A stretch of DNA of 64,000 bases from Dehalococcoidia bacterium (GTDB lineage Bacteria; Chloroflexota; Dehalococcoidia; Lucifugimonadales; UBA3495). The stretch's first letter is position 1; every line of letters starts with the position of its first letter. Below the pieces are notes generated by a model that was given only the letters and a program-made list of their open reading frames with translations, searched no databases and was not told the origin of the DNA. A program made the position numbers and the translations under genes. Positions 57,764 through 64,000 of this stretch are shown piece after piece. The stretch is taken from positions 392,933 through 456,932 of the forward strand of contig DPHC01000002.1 of the NCBI GenBank assembly GCA_003523055.1. The letters are read 5' to 3'.

Positions 57764-58690
57764 TTAATGCATTTTCGAAACTTTTGATCGTAGTTTGCCA
57801 ATTCCTTCTACTTCTAATTCAATTACATCGTCATTTTTCAACCACTTACCATGTTCTGCTCCACAGCCTCCGCCGACTGTACCTGAGCCAAAAAGATCTC
57901 CTGGATATAAAACTTCTGAATTAGAGGCATGCTCTATCATGTCGTATATACTCCAATAAATATTCCCAATATTGTTATCAGTCCATATTTCGCCATTCAC
58001 TCTAGCTGTCATACGCGCATCGGATACATTAAATTCGTCAGGCGTAACTATCCAAGGGCCCAAAGAAGTGCCAAAGTCTTTTCCTTTAGATGGCCCTAAC
58101 CCTACGCTTTGTTCTCTAAATTGCACGTCCCTTGCGCTCCAATCATTCATTATTGTAAATCCGCCTATATATCTGCTAGCTTCTTCTTTGGAAATATTAG
58201 TCCCTTCTCTACCAATCACAAATCCTAATTCAAGTTCATAGTCCATTACTTCACTGTATTCTGGCCATACTATTGGTTGTTGATGGCCGAGTAACGATCT
58301 ATGATTACCCTTATAATAGACTGGAACTTCATACCAAGCTTCTGGCACTTCAGCTCCTCTGTTTCCTCTGACTGTTTTAATATGCTGCTCAAACGCTATA
58401 AAATCTCGTAAGGAGCCTGCCTCCACCGGTGGGTAATATATTATTTCATTAAGATTAGATTTCTCACAATCTATTCCATCTAAAGAGCGTAAACTCTGAG
58501 ATAATTCTCCATCAGATTCAGTGTTAATGCGAATTAACTCAACTGCTGAATTAATAGAGAAATCGATACCTTTGTCTCTCAAGACAATCGCAGCATCTAA
58601 TATGACCTGATTCTCTAAATCTACGATCCCAACTCTAGGAAATATTTCTTTGTGAGTGTCTTTAAATCTAGCAATTTTCATACATTGCAC
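57764..58690 (-). CDS. Fumarylacetoacetate hydrolase (FAH) family protein
   Basis: 308 aa. Contains YELELGFVIG and GFTIMNDWSARD, typical FAH-fold metal-site motifs. Confidence 0.85.
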   Translation of the reverse strand: MQCMKIARFKDTHKEIFPRVGIVDLENQVILDAAIVLRDKGIDFSINSAVELIRINTESDGELSQSLRSLDGIDCEKSNLNEIIYYPPVEAGSLRDFIAFEQHIKTVRGNRGAEVPEAWYEVPVYYKGNHRSLLGHQQPIVWPEYSEVMDYELELGFVIGREGTNISKEEASRYIGGFTIMNDWSARDVQFREQSVGLGPSKGKDFGTSLGPWIVTPDEFNVSDARMTARVNGEIWTDNNIGNIYWSIYDMIEHASNSEVLYPGDLFGSGTVGGGCGAEHGKWLKNDDVIELEVEGIGKLRSKVSKMH

Positions 58691-58782
58691 CTCTCTGAAA
58701 AAAATAAAATTTTGAATTAATTGAATTCGTATCGTAACATATAGGAATCTTTAAAGTTGTTAATTTATTAAATATATAAATA

Positions 58783-58859
58783 GGGCGATTAGCTCAGCTG
58801 GTTAGAGTACTTGCTCGACACGCAAGAGGTCAGTGGTTCGAGTCCACTATCGCCCACCA
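58783..58859 (+). tRNA. tRNA-Val (anticodon GAC), 3' CCA encoded
   Basis: A manual cloverleaf fold works. Acceptor GGGCGAT/ATCGCCC, D-arm GCTC-AGCTGGTTA-GAGT, anticodon arm CTTGC-TCGACAC-GCAAG, variable loop AGGTC, T-arm AGTGG-TTCGAGT-CCACT, discriminator A, then CCA. Confidence 0.88.
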
Positions 58860-58925
58860 AAGCGTAATCCATCTGTTTTTGAGAAAGGTTACTGGTTTTT
58901 TTATTCTCAATAAGATCTTAACTGA

Positions 58926-58954
58926 TTGACCAATAATACCTGTAGCTGTATACT
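58926..58954 (+). promoter_or_regulatory. Candidate sigma70-type promoter upstream of rplS
   Basis: TTGACC (58926..58931), a 17-nt spacer, then TATACT (58949..58954), about 40 nt upstream of the rplS ATG. Pattern match only. Confidence 0.45.
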
Positions 58955-58992
58955 TCCGAAGCACAAATAACGAAACATTAGGTAGAATAAAA

Positions 58993-59343
58993 ATGCAAGT
59001 CGATCAATTATTCAAAACAAATAAAAATACACTTCCTGACTTCGGGCCTGGAGACACTGTCAAAGTTAATTTTAAAATAAAAGAAGGTGACAGAGAAAGA
59101 ATTCAGGCTTTTATTGGAGTTGTAATAAAAAAAGACAATGGCAATGGTCCTGCTGCTAACTTCACAGTAAGAAGAATAGCAAATGGAATTGGCATGGAAC
59201 GTGTTTTCCCAAGTAACTCACCTTTGATTGACTCACTGGAAATAGTTAGAAAGGGGTCTGTTCGAAGATCCAGGCTCTATTACTTAAGAGGATTACAAGG
59301 TAGAGCAGCTAGAATTAAAGAAAAAACCACATATCGAACCTAA
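58993..59343 (+). CDS. rplS: 50S ribosomal protein L19
   Basis: 116 aa. Contains [22 protein letters not shown] and RRSRLYYLR, typical of bL19. Confidence 0.95.
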   Translation: MQVDQLFKTNKNTLPDFGPGDTVKVNFKIKEGDRERIQAFIGVVIKKDNGNGPAANFTVRRIANGIGMERVFPSNSPLIDSLEIVRKGSVRRSRLYYLRGLQGRAARIKEKTTYRT

Positions 59344-59384
59344 TTTCTCTTATCAATCTCAAAAATTACCTATAGGGCTAAAGT

Positions 59385-61796
59385 ATGGATTTAGCAGCAG
59401 TATCCGTAGATTCTCATATAGGCAAACTTCAAACTTACACATATTCAATCCCTGACAACTTGGACGTTAGGGTCGGTAGCCTTGTATGGGTGCCATTTGG
59501 CAGAAGAATATTACAGGGAATAGTAGTACGTTTCGAATCCACATCAACATTAAGCACTATAAAGTCCATTCTCCGAGCGGAAAATTCTATACCCTTGATA
59601 GAACCAATCAGTATTGAAATTGGAATATGGATTAGTGCCCATTACCAATGCTCGCTGTTCAACGCTATATCTTTATTTATCTCGCCAGGATCAAAAAATA
59701 AAATTTCATATTCTTATGCCATAGAAGAAAATGGCCAAAATATAAAAGCAATTCCTGATAATTTAAGTGAGATTTACGAAAAACTTTCTGAATCAAAATC
59801 GATTTCCGAATCAAATTTGTTGAAATTAGTTGGAACCAAAGGAAGTGGCTTAATCCAGCAATTGGTTAACCAAAAGCTAATCACTAAATTTGAGCAATAT
59901 CCCAAACCAATGACTCCTTCGTATGTAAAAACTATTATTTTAAATAAATCATTAAGCGACAGGTTAAACAAAATCAGCAAACTAAATTCAAAAGAGTTGG
60001 CTGCTTTAGAACACTTGGAATCAACTGAAAAACCAGTCAAAGCTACTGAATTATCCAGGCTATACGGGTCTACAACAGTCAAGAAAATGTTAGCCTCAGG
60101 AGTAGTAGGGTTACAATGGGCACCTGTATCGATCACCATTAATCTTAAAGAGCCGCTACCCAAAATTCCAATAACTTTAAATGACTTCCAATCTACTGCT
60201 GTAACTACTATTACTCAAACCCTTGATTCAGATAATCCCGCAGAAAAGAGGTACTTATTACATGGAGTGACGGGTAGCGGTAAAACTGAAGTTTACATAC
60301 GTATAATCCAAGAAGTAATATCTTCAGGTAAGCAAATTATATTTCTAGTACCAGAGATTCCTTTAGCCACTCAGACACTCGAGCAATTAGAGCAAAGATT
60401 CCCCGGAGATGTTTGTATATTACACAGCAATTTGAGCCCTAGAAAAAGATTTGAAGTGTGGCAAGGAATCAGAAACCAACAATTCAAAATTATTATAGGC
60501 CCGCGCAGTGCGCTTTTTTCGCCAATTAAAAATTTAGGGTTAATTGTGATGGATGAAGAACATGAATGGAACTATAAACAGCACGATATTGAACCGTTTT
60601 ATCATGCACGAACTGTTTCTCTGCAACTTTGCCAAAAAAACAACGCAACACTGATATTAGGAAGTGCAACCCCTTCGATTGAAACATTTTACAACGCTAC
60701 CACGGCTGGGTTTTACAAATTACTGTCATTACCGCATCGTGCACGTCAAATTATTGACCGTGATTTTTCAGATACATCAGTTGAAGTAATAGATATGAGG
60801 CAAGAACTAACATCAGGAAATTCCAGTATATTTAGTAATCTTTTGACCAAAGAACTAGAAGCGTGTGTAGCATCAGGTAAACAAGCTATATTATTTCTGA
60901 ATAGAAGGGGTAGTGCCTCTATAGTATCTTGTAGGGAATGTGGCACTAAAGTCACCTGCCCAAGTTGCAGTACAGTAATGACCTATCACATGGATTACAA
61001 CAATTTAGTCTGCCATACCTGCACAAAAAAAACTAGATTCAATGAAACTTGTAAAGCATGCCAAAGCGATCAAGTACGAACACTAGGAGTAGGCACCAAA
61101 CGAGTAGTAGATGAAATTATGAAATTAATGCCTGGAACAGTGGTAGATAGATGGGACAGCGATGTTTCTCCAAATCTTGAAAATGCTACTAAAATTTATA
61201 ACGATTTCAAAACTGGTAAAACTCAAATTTTGGTAGGTACTCAAATAATAGCTAAGGGATTAGATATTGCTAACGTAAGTTTAGTAGGCGCAATGCTAGC
61301 TGATGTGGGAATAAACCTTCCAGATTTCCGAGCATCTGAACAATGGTTTACAACTTTGTACCAAGTTATTGGAAGAGCTGGGAGAGATGGAGGGTCTTCC
61401 AAAGCGATAATACAAACTTTTCAACCAGATCATCCGTTGCTTTCTTTACTCAAAAATAACGACTACATAAATATGTACAAACAGGAAATACAAACACGTT
61501 ATTCTTTTAGAAACCCTCCATTTAGTAGACTAGCCCACATGGTTTTCACTCACGTAAATAATGCTGCTTGCCAAAAAAACGCCCAGACTTCTACCCAGAA
61601 ACTTCGAGACCTGATAAATAGTTTAGCAATTACTGACATTGAAATCATTGGACCGGCACCTGGGTTACCAAAAAAAACCCGAGGAAAATACCGGTGGCAC
61701 ATTTTGGTGAGAGGCAACCGGATATATAGGTTATTAGATAATTTCCAACCTAACGGGAACTGCATCCTGGATATAGATCCAATACATGTATTATAA
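59385..61796 (+). CDS. priA: Primosomal protein N' (replication restart helicase PriA)
   Basis: 803 aa. Walker A GVTGSGKTE, DEEHE box, zinc-binding Cys cluster (CRECGTKVTCPSCSTVMTYH...CHTC) and QVIGRAGR. Confidence 0.92.
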   Translation: MDLAAVSVDSHIGKLQTYTYSIPDNLDVRVGSLVWVPFGRRILQGIVVRFESTSTLSTIKSILRAENSIPLIEPISIEIGIWISAHYQCSLFNAISLFISPGSKNKISYSYAIEENGQNIKAIPDNLSEIYEKLSESKSISESNLLKLVGTKGSGLIQQLVNQKLITKFEQYPKPMTPSYVKTIILNKSLSDRLNKISKLNSKELAALEHLESTEKPVKATELSRLYGSTTVKKMLASGVVGLQWAPVSITINLKEPLPKIPITLNDFQSTAVTTITQTLDSDNPAEKRYLLHGVTGSGKTEVYIRIIQEVISSGKQIIFLVPEIPLATQTLEQLEQRFPGDVCILHSNLSPRKRFEVWQGIRNQQFKIIIGPRSALFSPIKNLGLIVMDEEHEWNYKQHDIEPFYHARTVSLQLCQKNNATLILGSATPSIETFYNATTAGFYKLLSLPHRARQIIDRDFSDTSVEVIDMRQELTSGNSSIFSNLLTKELEACVASGKQAILFLNRRGSASIVSCRECGTKVTCPSCSTVMTYHMDYNNLVCHTCTKKTRFNETCKACQSDQVRTLGVGTKRVVDEIMKLMPGTVVDRWDSDVSPNLENATKIYNDFKTGKTQILVGTQIIAKGLDIANVSLVGAMLADVGINLPDFRASEQWFTTLYQVIGRAGRDGGSSKAIIQTFQPDHPLLSLLKNNDYINMYKQEIQTRYSFRNPPFSRLAHMVFTHVNNAACQKNAQTSTQKLRDLINSLAITDIEIIGPAPGLPKKTRGKYRWHILVRGNRIYRLLDNFQPNGNCILDIDPIHVL

Positions 61797-61872
61797 AATC
61801 TTTACATGAAACATATTAATTAATATAATTTGCTACTCAGTAAAACGACACTTTTTAAATACGAGGCTTCAA

Positions 61873-62403
61873 TTGTCATTATTAAAAATGAGATTCTTAC
61901 CCGATCCAATACTACGAAAGCAAGCAATAAAAATTTCCAGGATACAGTCTAGTTTCAAGAGCTTCACTGAAGACATGATAGAAACCATGATTGACGAACA
62001 TGGAGTTGGACTGGCAGCCAACCAGATAGGATCCTTAGAGAAAGTATGTGTTATTCAATTACCGGACTGGGAAGAGGCTATAGTTTTGATAAATCCTGAA
62101 ATAACCCACATGGAAGATGAAGTGGAATTGGAAGAAGGTTGCTTGAGCGTGCCAGGGTATCGAGGAGTAACCAAAAGATTTGAAAAAGTAAAAGTTCGGG
62201 CAACCGGAATCGACGGGAAAGTTATGAAAATAACAGCTGAAGGACTATACGCACAAGCCTTACAGCACGAAACTGACCATCTGAATGGTATAATATATAT
62301 TGATAAACTAGTGTCAAAAGACGAATTCTATAAAATGGAATTCGATGAACAAGGTAATTGTTCCTTCATCCAAGTGAATAAAGAAACAGAACTTGGTCAG
62401 TAA
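61873..62403 (+). CDS. def: Peptide deformylase
   Basis: 176 aa. Motifs GVGLAANQIG, EGCLSVPG and QHETDHL. The TTG start has GAGG 6 nt upstream; the ATG at 61888 is an alternative. Confidence 0.93.
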   Translation: MSLLKMRFLPDPILRKQAIKISRIQSSFKSFTEDMIETMIDEHGVGLAANQIGSLEKVCVIQLPDWEEAIVLINPEITHMEDEVELEEGCLSVPGYRGVTKRFEKVKVRATGIDGKVMKITAEGLYAQALQHETDHLNGIIYIDKLVSKDEFYKMEFDEQGNCSFIQVNKETELGQ

Positions 62404-62448
62404 CCACCGTTGTATAAAAAAACTCAACAATATTGGTGTCATTTTTAA

Positions 62449-63912
62449 ATGGAATTAGAAAGCTTATTATCAAGCTTATCCGAATCTTTGGAATCAATGG
62501 GAATTAAAGGCTATGTAGTAGGCGGATTAGTCAGGGATAAGCTCACAAACAGAACACCTAAAGATATAGATCTTGTGGTAGCGTCTGACCACCAAAGTAT
62601 CATTGACTGCGTTTATAAAGTTTTAAACGTACAATCCTCATTCATTGACAATAAACATCAAATCCATAAGGTAATTTTGCCTGTAAAAATAGGAAATACA
62701 GCTATTTCTGAAGTTGATATCGCATTTCAAAATTGTGATCTGTCTGAAAGCCTAAGTGCACGAGATTTCACAATAAATGCCCTTGCACTACCTTTGGAAC
62801 GTTATAATGATGATAATTTCTTAGATCACTTAATCGATCCTCACAATGGCATTGCAGACATTCGTGGGAAAATAATAAGAATGGTCAAAAAAACTGTATT
62901 CCTCGACGATCCAACAAGAATGATCAGAGCTGTTCGTATAGCCTCTTCATTACAATTCACGATTGACACTAAAACAAATGTTCAAATAAAAAACGACGCT
63001 AAATCAATAACGCTCGCACCAATGGAAATAATTGGAGAAGAACTTCTAAGAATTTTAGAGAATTCTAAAAGTAAAGCTTACATCGAGATACTAGACAGGC
63101 TCAATTTACTAGAATACATATTTCCAGAGCTTGTGTTAACAAAAGGAGTTACACAACCCAAAGAACATTACTGGAATGTCTGGGAACACAGTTTACATAC
63201 TTTGGATTTTGCCGAACATTTAATGAATGGCCACCAAAATTCCCCTATATACTCCATGGCTCCATGGACTGTAGAGTTAGAAGCTCATTTTTCACAGTTG
63301 GTTAATGCTAAACATTCACATAAAGTGTATTTCAAATTGGCCGCGTTACTTCATGACATTGCTAAGCCTCAAACTAAAACTCTGGATGAAACTGGGCGAA
63401 CTCGATTCCCAAAGCATGAAATCATAGGAGCACAGACTACAAAACAACGATTGGAATCATTAAAAATAGACAAAAAATCCATCACCAAAGTTAAAACAAT
63501 GATAGAGTACCATTTACGCCCCAATCATATGTTACAAGGCGTCAACAGCCCTACTAGAAAAGCTATTTACAAATATTTTAAAGACCTCGGAGAATCTGGT
63601 ATTGACGTACTATTTATTCATCTTGCTGATTATTTGGCAGCCAAGGGCCCCGATTTAACACTTTCAGATTGGGCAACTCGTGCTAAAATGGTAAATCACA
63701 TAATAAATGTTCATAATGAACAAAATATTGAGACAAAAAAAGATAAGCTAATAGATGGTCATCAGTTGATGGAACATTTCAATCTGAAACCCAGCAATGA
63801 AGTAGGGGAATTATTAAACGAATTGAATGAAGCTCAGGGGCTCGGTCGAATCCATACATATGATGAAGCTATAAAATTGGCTGAAGAATTAATAAATAAC
63901 AACCAAGGATAA
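62449..63912 (+). CDS. cca: CCA-adding tRNA nucleotidyltransferase family protein with a C-terminal HD domain
   Basis: 487 aa. Head-domain motifs GGLVRDKL...DIDL and RDFTINALA, plus HD-domain residues WEHSLHT and LLHDIAKP. Confidence 0.82.
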   Translation: MELESLLSSLSESLESMGIKGYVVGGLVRDKLTNRTPKDIDLVVASDHQSIIDCVYKVLNVQSSFIDNKHQIHKVILPVKIGNTAISEVDIAFQNCDLSESLSARDFTINALALPLERYNDDNFLDHLIDPHNGIADIRGKIIRMVKKTVFLDDPTRMIRAVRIASSLQFTIDTKTNVQIKNDAKSITLAPMEIIGEELLRILENSKSKAYIEILDRLNLLEYIFPELVLTKGVTQPKEHYWNVWEHSLHTLDFAEHLMNGHQNSPIYSMAPWTVELEAHFSQLVNAKHSHKVYFKLAALLHDIAKPQTKTLDETGRTRFPKHEIIGAQTTKQRLESLKIDKKSITKVKTMIEYHLRPNHMLQGVNSPTRKAIYKYFKDLGESGIDVLFIHLADYLAAKGPDLTLSDWATRAKMVNHIINVHNEQNIETKKDKLIDGHQLMEHFNLKPSNEVGELLNELNEAQGLGRIHTYDEAIKLAEELINNNQG

Positions 63913-63921
63913 CACTAGAAC

Positions 63922-64000
63922 ATGAAAAAAAGATTAATAAGAGTATCTATCATAGTCGCATTATTAGTGATAATTGGAACATTGTCGCTAAGTTTCAAAA
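63922..64000 (+). CDS. Start of a protein with an N-terminal signal/anchor helix (partial; runs off the window)
   Basis: ATG at 63922 followed by MKKRLIRVSIIVALLVIIGTLSLSFK. Only 26 codons are visible. Confidence 0.3.
   Translation, partial: MKKRLIRVSIIVALLVIIGTLSLSFK

Noticed and set aside
58691-58992. tRNA-Val as a possible integration hotspot or genomic-island boundary
   Set aside because: There is no integrase, no duplicated tRNA 3' fragment, and no evident compositional shift on either side. The flanking genes are housekeeping (an FAH-family gene and rplS).
1-64000. CRISPR arrays, rRNA genes, transposases or integrases, prophage or defence-system genes
   Set aside because: None was recognised on reading the translations and intergenic regions. 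The window looks like core chromosome rather than an accessory island.

Overview
This is a gene-dense, AT-rich bacterial chromosomal segment with about 60 protein genes and one tRNA. I found no rRNA, CRISPR array, transposase or integrase. All calls come from reading the supplied translations and the raw sequence by eye; no searches were run.

Likely origin (inference only): marine Chloroflexota, SAR202/Dehalococcoidia-like. The evidence is bacterial hallmarks (def, priA, ftsY, rnc, trmD, mutS/mutL), a DUF2298 'Chlor_Arch_YYY' plus TIGR03663-type giant membrane-protein pair, an 11-gene complex I operon lacking nuoEFG, and LLM-type monooxygenase/hydrolase genes.

Layout, left to right:
- A partial GT-C-like membrane protein running off the left edge.
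- A 13-kb co-directional minus-strand block: nuoABCDHIJKLMN, a LOG-like gene, eno, a SEC-C micro-ORF and gap.
- A CinA-like/NadD-like fusion, an amidohydrolase, trmD and a thioesterase.
- speH-speE.
- A PHP / DinG-exonuclease / OGG repair trio.
- An MDR dehydrogenase and a CCA-family nucleotidyltransferase.
- A DsbA-like gene, rnc and ftsY.
- The YYY and TIGR03663-like membrane proteins.
- mutL, a HAD-like gene, a gap, an ArsC/Spx-like gene and mutS.
- An FNR-like gene following an FdsGBA/NuoEFG-like trio.
- HAD, rpiB, an alpha/beta hydrolase, an LLM oxidoreductase, an NHL propeller and E1 alpha/beta.
- A DUF62 SAM hydrolase, secG, gatB, acs and an FAH-family gene.
- tRNA-Val, rplS, priA, def and a second CCA enzyme carrying an HD domain.

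Most interesting observation: two thioredoxin-fold genes were truncated by ORF calling because each has an in-frame TGA exactly at its redox-active Cys position.
- The ArsC/Spx-like gene reads U-S-S-C; the DsbA-like gene reads FDFR-U-PFVY.
- Each has a GGAGGG Shine-Dalgarno 3 nt before the upstream start and a hairpin at bacterial-SECIS distance after the TGA.
- TGA still terminates several other genes at normal lengths.
- Together this points to selenocysteine recoding.

Other points of interest are the uncharacterised YYY/TIGR03663 membrane system (three paralogous giants) and a physically split complex I. The only NuoEFG-like module of that complex is FDH-like, appears to lack the Mo-ligand Cys/Sec, and is operonic with an FNR-type reductase.
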